Below, piece by piece: positions 10,831 to 24,200 of a stretch of DNA of 64,000 bases (positions are counted from its first letter, which is position 1; each line of letters begins with the position of its first letter). This DNA comes from Euglena gracilis. Taxonomy: Eukaryota. The notes under the pieces are model-generated. The model had not been told where the DNA came from, did no database searches, and worked only from the letters and a program-made list of their open reading frames with translations. The position numbers and the translations under genes were made by a program. The stretch spans positions 45,177,847-45,241,846 of the forward strand of contig CP154954.1 in NCBI GenBank assembly GCA_039621445.1. Reading direction: 5' to 3'.

Positions 10831-13328
10831 CATGGGGGGTGCACAGTACCTCACCATCTCGAAGTGCGGAGCCCGAATGGTCTCGGACGCCCACGACCGA
10901 GGAAGGGGGAGGAAGGGACCAAGAGGGCGAAGCACAAGAAGATGGTGAGCCCAACCCCCCCACCCAAAAATCAGCAGAAAAAGAAAGACATCCCAACCAG
11001 AAAGGGGACCCCCAACCAAGCAACCCCAACCACCCACCCAGAAACACAAAGAGAGACAGCCATCCCCATCGAGGGGGGGGGGCCGCCAAGCAAACATGGG
11101 AGAGGGGGGGGCGGGGCCACGACGGTTCAGCGTCGCCAAGGTGTCGGAGGAGGCCCCATCATCGCCAACTCCGGCAACGAAGGCGCAGTAAGAAGCACCC
11201 CCCGCGCACGCACACCAGAACAGAACAGCCGGCAAGGAAAGCAGGACCTCACCATCTTCTTGTGCTTCGCCCTCTTGGTCCCTTCCTCCCCCTTCCTCTG
11301 TCGTGGGAGTCCGATTTTCGCCGAGTTGGCTGATTCCTAATTTGCCCTTCGACACCCAGAAGAAAGGAACTTCAAAATACCAAAATACCGCTCAAAATAC
11401 CCGTGGATGGGGTGTCCCAAGGGCTTCAAATTTGATCTCTGGACATTTCCTTTGATTTGGCTTCATTTTGGGGATATTTTGAAAATTGACATTTTTTTTG
11501 GCCGAAATGGCAGGGTCCAAAGGGGGGGGAGGCTTATCCAGGGGGGGCGGGCCGATCCTACCCAGTTTGACCCCTTCGCGCGTGAATAACTCGGGCCTGG
11601 CGGGGAATTGGGAGTCAAACCCAGGTGATTCGGAAACTTGAAATCCAGTCGCTCGCGACTGAAAAAAAAAATTCGGGAACAGGGTCGGGATCATGGTGGC
11701 AATCTGTCCGTTCTCCGGGTGGCCCCGACCTGGGGGGGGGGGGGGCGGGGGGGGGGGGGAGATGGGGAGGGTTTCGCCAGGGGTAAGCTTCGCTCTTATC
11801 TTTCACCCAAAAATATGCAAAAAATTAATTCAGAAATCGCTTGGTTTTCCTCTGCGGGGTGGCAACACCTTCCTTGAAATGAGCAAGTCAATTCGCCTCC
11901 AAGTCCCAAAATTGGTTGTGTGTGGAAAAAGAATACATCACCACGAGCCAGATTGAACCGAGGTTGCCAAGGTTGACTATTGAACACATCCGACCAATGC
12001 ATCCTGAAGAGATTGGAAATGGCTCCTTGGGGTTTCGTCGTGACACAGGGCACATGCAATACAGGTTGTTTGTTTAACACATATGTAAATAATTTGTTCA
12101 TTACATAAATAAATTATGTAACCTGTGGGGAGGGGGTCAGACCTCCTTGACCGGAGGGTGGGGAACCCATAAAAAACAGTTGTTATCAAGCCTTTTTCCA
12201 AGCTTCCAAGGTTGCACTTGTTCTGGGTGCTGAATGCACACAATTCCCCAGAGCCCACAAACCTGGTTTCCAGAACCCAACTCCCCATTCCTTGAGCCAG
12301 CTAAATTCATATAAAAAAAACACAAAAACAGAATGCAAAATGGTGGGGGGGGTGGAAACGTACATGGGCAAACCAGTGTCTTGGACATCTTTCTCAAAAC
12401 TTTTTGTCAAAAAACAAAAACCAACGGAAAAATGCCCACCACAAAGCGCGGTGCAAACTTGCAAAACGGCATGGCTTGCCCAGTTGCACACACTTCTATT
12501 CCACTATGCAGTTCGCAACTTCCAGACTGGCAGAAAAGCAACTCCGAAAAAAGTTTGCAAAGAAATTGAAAACCAAAATGTGCAAAAAAATGCAAAAAAT
12601 GCTCATTTTCAAGGTTCTGGATATGCCAAAATAAAATCAAGCAAATTTCATATTCAATATTGCATATTGCACATTGCATGAGCAACTTGCATATTTTATC
12701 CCCCCCCTCAGAAGTAAGCCCCCCAAAAATGGACCCCCAGCCCATTTTCAGCAAAATAAAAAAATAAAAAATAGACTCCCAAAAAATAATAATCTCTCAA
12801 TTGGGGAGGGGTGCACTTTTCTGAAATTCTTCAATTTAAACCGTTTTTCATGTGCTAAAATTGGCTTTTTTTTGAGACAATTCTATTTTGTTGCGAAAAA
12901 TCTATGCTTGTTTTGAGCGATTTTGCGTTTTTGGACCACAAAAAAGTTGGTTTTCGGCCAAAAAATTCAAAATCCAAAAAAGAACTCGACCCCCTTAAGA
13001 TTTTTTTGCAAAAGACCCAAAAAAAGACTTTTACCCAGGGTTGAGCAACCCAGAGCTGCCAGCAAACAAGACAGCAGGGGTCAGGGGATTTTTTAAGACC
13101 GGGGGGGGGGGGTGGGGGGCCCCCCCCCCACCCCCCCACCCACCCCCTGCCCCCCCCGGCCGGGGGGGGGGGGGGGTCCTGGGGGACCCACAAAAAAAGG
13201 CCGAAAAATCGCGAAAAGTGCTAAAAATAGCACTTTTTCGGCGCCAAAAAGTATATCCCACCCCCCTCCGGTCCGGCCGAGCCCCCTCCTGGGGGGGGGG
13301 GGGCTCGGCCGGACCCAGCCACCCTAAA

Positions 13329-13727
13329 CCCCCCCCTAATAAGTGCACGGGTGCGCGATTTTAAGGACGTAGTTTCGGACCCCAAGGGGTGCGCACTTAT
13401 TGGGGCAGTGCGCACTTTTTAGGGCAAAGCCAAAAATACTGACATTTCCCCCACTCTTTTTCAATTTTCCCCCAATTTTGTGATTTCAAGCTATGAGTCA
13501 AGTGATTATGTGTCAAATGTGTCAAATTTGGGCTCGGACAATAGAAATATTTGGTCTGAGAAGGACAGTTCTGAGAATTGTGCGTGCTTTCCGACCTGAG
13601 ATATGACAATGATTTCTCCTTTGGGGGGGTGCGCACTTTTTAGGGAGGTAGTTTCGGACCCTTGGGGGGTGCGCACTTATTAGGGCACTGCACACAATTA
13701 GGGCACTGCGCACTTATTAGGGGGGGG
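13329..13727. mobile_element. MITE with CCCCCCCTAATAAGTG TIR, nested
   Basis: ccccccctaataagtgc...gcacttattagggggg. Confidence 0.7.
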
Positions 13728-15100
13728 TCGCTGAGCTCTTATCTCTTTAGAGTAAGAGCGAAGCTTACCACCGGGGCGGTGGGGGGGGCGGGCCCCCCCC
13801 CCGCCCCCCCCCCCGCCCCCCCCCCTGGGTAGGTCTGGAAACCCCGGGATTATCGATGTGACTGGATTTCCGGGGCCCCAAAGTGCATAGCCTATAGGTT
13901 AGGGGACGATCCCTAGTACCTCCAGAGCCCTTGGGTTACCCGCAACTCTCCGCCAGTCCGGAGATATAGCCCGAGCAAAAAAGTTGTCTACCGTTTTTTT
14001 TTCCGGGGAAATTGCAGGGTCATTTTGGGGTCAAAAAATCGAAAATTTCAAAATATCTCGAAAACGCCGCGGAGTTGAGGAAACGTAATGAGGACGTCAC
14101 TCCACAACTTTGGGACGCCCGATCGATCGGTATGCGCGGTTTGGGCCAACTCCTCGCCTAGCCCGAGATATGGCCGTTTTGGGGTTTTGGGCCAGTTTTG
14201 CCAGCTTTGGCCATTTCGGGTCCGTTCAGGGCCCGAAACCGTAAATTGTCCGTATCTGGGGCTAGACGAGGAGTTGGAGCCCAAACCAGGGGGTCAATCA
14301 TTAGGTTTAGGGGGGGGGGGATGATCGTTTTTTGGGGTTCTTGGGGTCTGGTTGTGCGATTTTGGGCCAGTTTTTGGGTATTCGGGGACCCCACCGGGCG
14401 CCGTCAGGGCAGCTGGGCGAGGGGGGGGGGGTCGGGTGGCAGGTCGGGACCCAAATTTTTGAAAAAAGTTTTTTTCGCTCAAAAACACTTTTTTTCACTT
14501 CAGAACATCAAAAAAAGTGTTTTTGAGCGAAAAAAAAATTTCCGACCCGGACCCCCCCCCATGCCCCCCCCCTGGCTGGGGCCCGCCCCCTGGCCGGTGG
14601 ACTTAGCCATTTTTGGGTCAAAAAGTCGAAAAAATTCGAAAAAAAAAATTTTTGCCCAAAACCATGATTTTTGACCTCCCGGACCCGAAAAAAGTGATTT
14701 CGAGCCAAAAATGAGCGTTTTTCGACCCGCCAGCGCCCCGTTTTGGGCCGCCAACCCATTGACTTTGGGTCAAAACCGGATCAAAAAAGTCGAAAAAAAT
14801 CGAAAAAATTTTTTTGCCCCAAAACGATGTTTTTTGGCCTCCCGGAACCGGAAAGCCTGTGTTTGAGCCGAAAATGAGCGTTTTTCGACCCGCCAGCGCC
14901 CCTTTTTGGGCCACCAAACCATGGATTTTGGTCAAAACCGGTCAAAAAAGTCGAAAAAATGGAAAATTTTTTTGACCCCAAAACGATGTTTTTTGGCCTC
15001 CCTGACCCAGAAAAACTGTTTTTGAGCCGAAAATGATCGCTTTTCCCGGGCCGGGCCGGGGTGGACTCCCAAAGAGCTCAGCTCTACGTCACACCCTGGT
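13726..15100 (-). mobile_element. Solo monomer of the tandem-array element family
   Basis: Ends are the reverse complements of the two halves of the junction motif at 58786-58826; interior matches 58800-60600. Confidence 0.8.
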
Positions 15101-15166
15101 TACCCCCCTCCCCCCCCCCCGGGGTCCACGACTAAAAAAAAACCCTGGCAGGGGTGAGAAACCTGA

Positions 15167-15278
15167 TCAGCCTCGCTGCTTCAGAGTGATCTTGTCCCCA
15201 AGGCCCAAGGCAATCCCCTGGGTCTTGGAGCGGATGCGCACCAACCCTTCGATGCGTCCATCAGGGTGGCGTTCGATG
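15167..15278 (-). CDS. COPB1: beta-COP exon 26 (terminal)
   Basis: [36 protein letters not shown]. Confidence 0.95.
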
Positions 15279-18200
15279 CTGAGGCAGAGAAGAAGGGAGG
15301 AAATACACCTCGCCAACAAATCCAAGGCAGTGGCAGGGCCAAACAACTTTTGCAATCTGAACACAAACTGGGTAACTGGCACAGTTTGCTGTGTCCATTT
15401 GTCTGATGATGCAAGCACACACATGCACATACATGCACGCAACGACACAAATGGACAATGAGAGAGAGAGAGAGAGAGAGAGATTTCTGCAATTTCTCTG
15501 TGTCCTATGGAGACCTTCCTAATCGGACAACACACTTTGTTTGTTTGCTTTTTTCGTCCCCAGCACCTATTTCCCCCCCCCCCAGGAGAAATGGGGATAC
15601 CCACCGAATGGCATTTTTGCAAAGAGAATTCTGGCCGAAAAAAATCAGCGCCTTTGCAAGCTGGGAAGAGGGGGTAGATTCCCATCCACCACGATGGGGT
15701 CGTTTCCAGGACCCTTATTCAATGATGCCCTGGCCCCAACAGGCTTTCACTGTTTCATTGTTCAGCGGACCCCTCTGCCCCCGGGGAAAATCGGTTCTAC
15801 GTTTCTCCACACTGAAGGGGGGGGCACTGGCCTTCCTTGAAGGGTGCTGGCTGCAGGTGCCCCAAAATTGTATCTGGGCATTTTTGTGTCCCCACATTGC
15901 CTTGTTTGGGTCTCATTTTCCAGCCCCCCCCCCCCGGCAGGGATAGATGGGAAGCCTTGAGGGGGGGGGGGGGGGTCAGACTCCCTCCCAACACGGGGGC
16001 GGTCGGATCAGGCTGTGTATGGAGCTGAGCTCTTTACCTATCTGATGGTGAAAAGCAACCCGGCCCGGCCCGGCCCGGCCGGCGGCCCAGCCTAGCCTGG
16101 CCCAGCAGGCAGCCTGGTGGCCCAGCCAGCGGCCCAGTGGCCCGGCCCGACCCAGCCGGTGGCCTGGCGCCTGGCCCTGCCCAGCTGGCAGCCCGGCGGC
16201 CCGGCCAGGCCCGGCGGCACGGAACGGGCGCGTAGCTGGCCCTGGAGTTATATGCGGGGTGATAGAGGGTCCTCAAAGATTTATTTAAGGTCTCCAGTTG
16301 TTTCCTTCTATACCTCATCATTTTGGAGAAATTCTGAAATTTTCGATTTTTTGATCCCAAAATGGCCCTAAAATCGCCAAAACGGCTGTATTTGTGACCT
16401 TGGGGGCCAAAACAGGGTTTTAGAGGGCCGCCGAGGCATTATTTTAGGTCCCCAGTGGTTTCCTTTTGATTGGCCACCATTTTGGAAATATTTTGAAGTT
16501 TCGATTTTTTCACCCAGATGTGTGGAGCAAAACGCCCTTAAATTGACAATCACTTATGAAGAAATAAAAATGCGTAACATAAAATAAAATACATAAAAGA
16601 CCATTGGATAGGGCGTTTCAAGGGCTTTATTTTAGGTCTCCAGACATTTCCTTTGTTCCGAGATATTTTGGAAACATTGTTTTTTGGACCTCAAAACAGC
16701 CCCAGAAATGGGCCAAGATGGGTCGAAAAATGGCCATAACTCGGGCCACACGAAGAAGTTGGGGGGAAAAGTAACCCATGGTCGGATTGGGCATTCCAAG
16801 GGCTTCATTTTTTGGTCTCCGGGAAATTCCTTTGATTTTTGCTTTATTGTCCAGATATCTTGAAAAAATCGATTCTTCGACCAAAAAAACAGGGCTGTTT
16901 TGGGCCGCAAAAGTGCGCCGGAACACAGTGTCGGCGGCCAAAACGGCGAATGGGGGGCGATAGAGGGTCTCCGGGGGGGGGGGTACATTTCGTTTGGCGG
17001 ACACTTTTGGACATAATGGACATTTTCTCGAGATTTTTGAAAAAATCAATTCTTTTGACCAAAAATCTCACCCCGCAAAATGGCAGAGTCGTAACTGGGG
17101 GGGTGGCTAATCCTCCAGTGATCCAACCCTTGTCAGTTGAATAAATCTGGCCGGGCGGGGGGGTTGGGGATCCAGTCGCTTGCGACTGAATGAGAAAAAA
17201 TTCCTGGAACGGATGGTGATAATCCGCGGTTCTCATAACCTACCCAGGGGCGGTTCTCATAACCTAATTTTCCCTGGAGCTCCGCTCTTGCTCTAAAGAG
17301 ATAAAAGCTCAGCGCCCCCCCCCTCCTACCTCGAAACTGAAGGGGGCAGGGAAAATCATTGATTGTATGGCAAGGCCAAAATTGGTGGGAAATCCTGATT
17401 TTTGTCTGGAAAAAAAAACTTTCCAAAAATGTTCATTTTTTGAAAAAAAATTTAACACTTTTTTTGTGGAAACATCAAAAACAACAAAACATGTGCAATA
17501 TGCTCTAAAATGAGGGAAACGAAACATTTTTTTGCTCATTTTCCGGCGCAGCACCGGAAGAAAATTTTTGCTATTTTTGGAACCTGCCGAGGACGGGGGT
17601 GGGGATCTAGGCTCCCTCCCAACATCTAGGGGGGGGGGGGGATCCGAACCCCCCTGTCACAACCCCTACCACCCACCTCAAACCCAGAGGGTTGCACAGC
17701 ACTGTTTAACGGTCTGTGCCACAGCAATCAAGGATGAGGGATGGCACTGTGGCAGGGTCGTCTTCCCCTGGCAATGTCCCACCTGCCAGCCTGAACCCAC
17801 ATACAGCCTTGCAGTCCACGAGCACCACACTTTCATCCACATCCAAAAATGATTGGGTTCGGTGCCCTCCCACCGTTGGGGTTCCATACTTGGAGGGGGG
17901 ACACAGAAATGTAAAGCACAGAAGGTGTGGCAAAAAGGTCCCACCTGACATTGGCCAGGGCATCTTCCCCAAAAGAGCTCTTTGCGTAGAGGTTGGCCGA
18001 CAGGAAATCGCAATCTCCTTGGATGAAGTTGTCTGACGTGAGAGACCTGCACAGAAAAGGAGGCGGGGAGCCCCTTGTGGCAGCCAGGCACCTATAGTCA
18101 AGCCCAAAAATTTCCCCATTTTAGGCCATTTTAGGCCATTTTAGGCCATTTAAGGCCATTTAAGGCCATTTAAGGCCATTTTAGGCCATTTTAGGCCATT

Positions 18201-21200
18201 TTAGGCCATTTTAAGGTATAGGTGGGGGTTCTGAAAATCATAATTTTTCGTCATTTTTGTCCCAAAAACTGTATCATAACATGTGCAAACCTTCTCTTAT
18301 TCAGTAATAAGAAATGTACATACAAAAAAGCATGCAAAATTCATGAACAATGTATCAAAACCATGATCAACAAATCTTAATTCATACCCATAGAGGAATT
18401 CTGAACAGTAAGAAATTATGGCAGTGAAAATATTTCAAAAAAAAACGTTTGACAAATATTAAAAGTTTTTATTTGCGCAACCAAAAAGGCGCCCAGTTTT
18501 TTGTATTTTGTGAAATCTACGCCATTTCGCAAAAAGAAGCCATTTTTCTGAAAGATGATGCTGTTGCATGGTGAGGTTCAATTTGAGAGCCGAGCAAAGC
18601 TGAGAGCCTCTTCTCCGTGATTGTTTTCCCCTTTTGGGGAAACTTAATACTAAAAAAGGTTCATAAACAGGAGAGAATCTCATTCATAATTGTTTGTGGT
18701 TGTTTGGGTCACTTGATCAAATATAAGATTCAAATACGAAAAGAAGGTTGGGGACCATGGGGACTGATACTGATACTCACAATGAATTGCCACCTGTCTC
18801 AAAAATTTCGCCACTGTCTCAAAGTATGACTGCGATCTTCTCAAAAGCAATTGCCACTTGTCTCATTATCAGAAAAAAGCAGTGCCCATTAGGGTGGACA
18901 GTCAAAGAAAGTCATCCGACAGCCCCGTCAGGAGGGCCTACATTTTAGGCAAACCCTGGCCAACACATTGTACCCATGACGAGCATTATTCGGATCAGAC
19001 ATGGATGCAAGAGAAAGAGACGCTTATGAAACAGAAACTTGTCTTCCAAACACAACTGTCATGAGGGCATTCATTCTTGAGAAAAACGGCAATTGCTTTC
19101 AGAAAATTGGCAATTGTTTGGAGAAAACTGACAATTGTTTGGAGAAATTGGCAATTATTTAGAGATAATTGACCAATTACAATTGAGAAAATTGGCAGTT
19201 ATTTTGATTTCATTACATATACGCAACCAGCTGTAACAAAAGACACCGAAAGTAATTACCTGAATGGCATCAGTTGTTCACAAAAAAAATTGTTGTGCAA
19301 CAGAAATTTTCCCATTTTAGGCCATTTTAGGCCATTTTAGGCCATTTTAGGCCATTTTAGGCCATTTTAGGCCATTTTAGGGACCCCCACCTATAGGGGG
19401 TCAAAAAGTCATTTTAGGCCATTTTAGGCCATTTTAGGCCATTTTAGGCCATTTTAGGCCATTTTAGCTATAGGTGCCTGGTGGCAGCCAGACTGTTCCC
19501 CCACCCCAGCAGCGAATCAACCAGAAACCACAACAAGAAACAGGCCAAAATTTTCCTTCGGCATTGAAGGAATTTTTCCTTGCGGGGTGCTGTGGTGGAT
19601 GAGGTGGGGTGGGGGCAGGGCAGAACGGGAAGGCCTGGGGGGATCCACCCCCCCCCCCACCCACCACAGCATTTTCACCAATTTTGGGAAAATGGGGGAT
19701 TGCCGGGGGAATTTTTTGAATTTTTTTTTTGAAAAATGATCCCAAAATACATGATTTTCCGATAGAAAACTACACAAAAAAACACAAAAAAACCTCAAAA
19801 TTTTCAGGTTTGAAAATTGGTAATCTTTAGGAGGGGGGTGAAAAAAAAAACGAAAATCAAAAAATTTGGACCAAATTTGGCACAATCAAATTTAACTGAA
19901 ATTTTTTCCCTTGGCTTTTTTTGGATTTTCAATAGCATTTTTTGCTTCAAAAACCTCAAAATCAAAATCTTGAGGAAACGTTGAATTTTTGGAAGGTGTG
20001 TGAAAAAAAACGGGGTTTGAAAATGAGGTTTTGGGGGGTTTGGGGGGGACCTCCTATATGCGTTAAAAATACGCCCGGCGCCGAAGGCGCGGGAAAAAAT
20101 TTTGGGGTCCAAAAAATGCTGCCACCAGAACAACGGGAAGAGGTGGGGGGGTGTTCAGCCCCCACCCACCACCCTGGCTGTTTGGCATTCCCGTTCTGCC
20201 CTGAGTGGGGGTCGACCCCACCCCTGCCTTCCCGCACATGCCGTACAGGCCTTCCCGTGCAGCCCTGCCTGGGCTTTGGGGGTCTGTGTCAGGTCGCCAC
20301 TTAAGTCAAAATGAACCCCTTCCCCCCCCCCCCCCCCCCGGTGGGGGAGGGCAGCCAACAGCCGTTTTTCCAGCCAGCAGCCTTTTCCAGCCTCAGAGCC
20401 CCATAGACAAGTTTTAATTACTTTGCAGCCGCCCGAAGGGCACCTGGACAGTGACAGATTTTTCGCGTTTGGAGGTGCAAAAATGGGCCAAAAATGGCCA
20501 AAAAAGGGTCAGATTTGGGCCAGCTCAAATTTTGGGTCAAAAAATGTTTTGCATAATTGGCAGTTTTTGGGCATTTTTGGAGTTTCGATTTTTTGGTACC
20601 CAGATCAACCCAGGTCGGGCCAAGTTCCAGCTGGGGGACCTGTTCTGGGACATCCTGTTCTGGATTATTGTTGTGTCCCCAAGCAAGGTCCAATTTCCTG
20701 CCTAAAAAGCAGTGCCCCAGAAAACACAAGAAAGCCTGGTGGGGGGGGGGGCGTCAGACCCCACCCACCAGGATTGGGGTGGGGAGTCGACCCCCCCCCA
20801 AAAAATCCCAGAAATCCCAATTTGGGGATTTCCATGCAGCCCTGAGCCCAAAGTATTGAACTTACTCCATATCGGGGAGGGAGGGGGGAGGAAACAAAAA
20901 AACATCCACATGCGCAACCACAATTCCATCAAACCCATTGTCACTGCCCAAAACGATTCCAAGGGTCCAGCAGGATGGAAGGTAACAATGATGGGAAACC
21001 TGGAGCAAGGGCCGAATGAGCACCGGGATCTGGAGGACTCAAACAACAGAGTCCATTTGGGGGCTGCAATTTGAGAAAATAATATGCAAAATCCAAAAAA
21101 AATATAAAAAAGACGATAGAAATATAGAACACGGTGGAAAATAAAATACACACAATACTTGAAGATGTAAAATAACCAAAACTGCGTATCCCACATTCTC

Positions 21201-24200
21201 CACGTGATTTTTTTTAATTTTTCATGCCCATATGTTTGTACATCACAAGGGGGGAATATGACACAAGGCTCCTCAAAAAATGCAATGCAAAAAAATGCAA
21301 AAAAAAATGTTTTTGGACCAATTTCACATTTCCAGCAGTAGTTGTTCAATTAAATATAAGTGGATGCAACTTGGTGAACCAAGCACATCATTTTGCAAGT
21401 TTGCACCACATTTTCCTTTGGTGTTGCATTTTGGGGCAGTTGAATTTCTTCTAAGTCCTCTCCAGCAGAAAAGCGTACAGCCCTGGGAGCTCCTAAAGAA
21501 ATTTACATGCAACTTGAGGTGCTGCACAAATGCCCCCAAAAAAACGAAAAAGCAAAATATGCAAAAAATGCAAAAAAAAATTGCGACTTTTCACAAATTT
21601 TTTCATTATACACAAAAAAGCAAATTATGCAAAAAAATCAAGTTTTCAGGAGTTAGGATTGCACAAAAAATGCAAATTATGCAACTTGCATTTTCCTCCA
21701 ACCCCTGATATCACCCTCTGGCAGAGCTGACAAGGGGGCACCTCAGAGTTGGAGTATAGTGTCGGCTGGAAAAATGGTTGCTGGCTGACCACCCCACTCC
21801 ACCAGCTGAAGTTAGCTTGACACAGAGTCGAACCGGGTAACAGGAACTTGAAACTGCAGAAATGATTTCAAAAAAAAGCTGCAAATTGGGCAACACATTG
21901 ATTCTTTGACCCAAAATTTGAGCGGGACAGCCCTTTTCCCATTTTTTGCCCATTTTTGCCCCATATTTTTTTGCACCTCCAAAAGCGGAAAAATTGTTGC
22001 CGTCCAGCCGCCCTTTGGCTGCTGGAAGAAGGCTGCTGGCGGGAAAAGGATGCTGGCTGGACTGGACTGGGATGGAATCCCCTTCAGGTTGACAGGGGGG
22101 AATGCGCTACTCCGGCCTTGAAAAAAGGCACAAAAAAATGAGCAAAAAAGGAGCATTGTTGGGGGGGGGGGATGCGAAAGTTTGAGAGAAAAGGCGCAAA
22201 AATCACAAATAGGAAAAAAATGCCCAAAAAATATGCGAAAGGGGTACCAAATTGACAAAAATTGTATGGAATCAAGAGGAAAATATCAGTTTTAAAAATC
22301 AGAGGTAAGAATTTGCAAAAATGGTGGAAAAAAAATGCGAAAAACTGGAATCACAAAAAAATGCCGCAAAAATTCGCCGGAAAAAAAAATCAAAAAATGT
22401 GCAAAAAAATGCGGGGAAAATGCACTAAAAATGTGCAAAAACACGAAAAATATTCCCCGACTTTGGGACGCCCTGGGGCAGAGCATCATGCAAACCGCAT
22501 ATTTGTGTTCTGCATGATGTGGTCCAAGAATTCCCGCAAAGACTTGATGTCGGTGTTCACCACCACCTTGTTCTCCCACTCGAACTCAGCCCACATCGAC
22601 CGGAAGGCAGTCGGGGCACAGGTTGCCGGGCTGCACAATTGCGAAGTTAGGGAAGCAACCCATCTGGGGGGATCCACGAGAAACTCTCCTCACATCAAAA
22701 AAAAATTCTGTCAATTGTTCCGGAGCCACCTTTCCATCAAGGAGAAGGAGCCAGCCAGTAGTTGTGTCGCATCCCGTCAGGTGGTGATCCTTTCGGTCCT
22801 CTAAAGTGTTTCTGGTACGCTTGTTTGTGAAACTGGCAAAGCTCAAAAAAAACACACCTTAGAGCAAATGTTGTTTTTACTCCACAACAGGATTGCAGGG
22901 GGTATCCTTCATTTTTTTCAAAACTAAACTGGATCCGACAAAGAGGGGGGAGGGGGGGTACGAAGGAAATCCCGTTCACCCTTTTTCCTTTCGGACTGTC
23001 GTTTTCAGGCTTTTGGTTAAAGGACCCCGGGGGGGGGGGTACTGGCTAGCCAATCGGCTAGACACTGGAAAAAGTGGTCGATCTAGCCCCCCCTCCCCCG
23101 GGGGGGGGGGGGGTCCGGGGGTCCCCCGGACTGGAAAAATGAGGGTTTTTAACAGGTTTTTGGCTGATTTTGTTCCAAAAATTCCCAAAAATGGCCAAAA
23201 CCGGGCATTTTTGGCCATTTTTGGGGATCACAAAAAAAATTTCGGCACTTCGCGTCGGTCACTGGAAAAAAAAATTCCACTAGCTAGCCCTGCTAGCAGA
23301 CCCGCCCAGGGGGGGTCTGCTAAAAAATCCACTAGCCAAATTTGGACTAGCTGCAGTCCAGCCCCCCCCGGGGGGGTACTGCAATCCCTTAAGCAGAAGC
23401 CTGGTCTGTTTGCTTCATATACCAAACCCTCACACAAAACCGATTCCCAGCACGGCACAATGGGCCCCCTGGTGCGATCCCACAATATCACAGACACCTG
23501 ATGTAATCCATGATGTCGATGTGGATGTCGTTGAGGATGACGCACTGCCTCTCCGCAGCTGCACCGGGGCCGTCGTACACAATGTTGCCGAAGATGATTC
23601 CTGGGACAGCGGAAGACTCTTACTTGTGTGTGTGTGTGTCAAAATCCCTTGGGCAAACAGAAACAGAAACAGCAATTTGATTGAACCGTCGCATTGTGCC
23701 CTGCCGCACCGGATTCGCATCACCAGACTGGACGGGACAAACAACTTTCACCGGAACGGCGGTTGAAGACATGGTGGGCACTTCAGCACCAAAAGGCGCC
23801 AGAAGCCCAGAAAAGAAGCCAAAATTTGGTTCATCCCCCCTGGGGGAGGGGGTGGGGTCGGCCAAGACTTTTTTCATTTGAGCTCTGTATTAACATCAAG
23901 AATCACGCATCGTTGAGGTTGCGCCGCCAAAAGAAAAAAAGCACACCTTGGGCAGATGGAGAGTGACCTCATTGGGTTGCCATTTGCTCTTTGCCTTGCA
24001 CAAAAGCGGACGACGTCCAACCTTCATCCTCTACCATTAGGTGTTTCAAACTGTGCCTCAGACAATGCTGGCAAGTTAGAATGCCCCCCCAATGTCAAGG
24101 GCAAAATTTTCTTTCGAGTTTCTAAAACTTTCCTCATACGTATCACACCTGTATCGGTCGACGAAACTTTGATGTTGACCCGCATGTTGACCTGCTCCTT

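Larger units (their letters stand above)
6651..11314 (+). mobile_element. DIRS-type tyrosine-recombinase retrotransposon
   Basis: Left ITR ~6674-6770 inverted at ~11164-11257; ICR ~10850-10950 complementary to both outer termini; RT, RNase H, MT and YR motifs. Confidence 0.92.
13082..15147. mobile_element. hAT-like MITE (CAGGG...CCCTG) with nested insertions, 19 bp past the beta-COP stop
   Basis: Perfect 8-bp TSD gcaggggt; uninterrupted relative at 31133-31376. Confidence 0.85.

Noticed and set aside
21711-21741. Extra exon RCPLVSSA after TNM
   Set aside because: Exon 25 ([13 protein letters not shown]) already fills the alignment, and this segment hits a stop.
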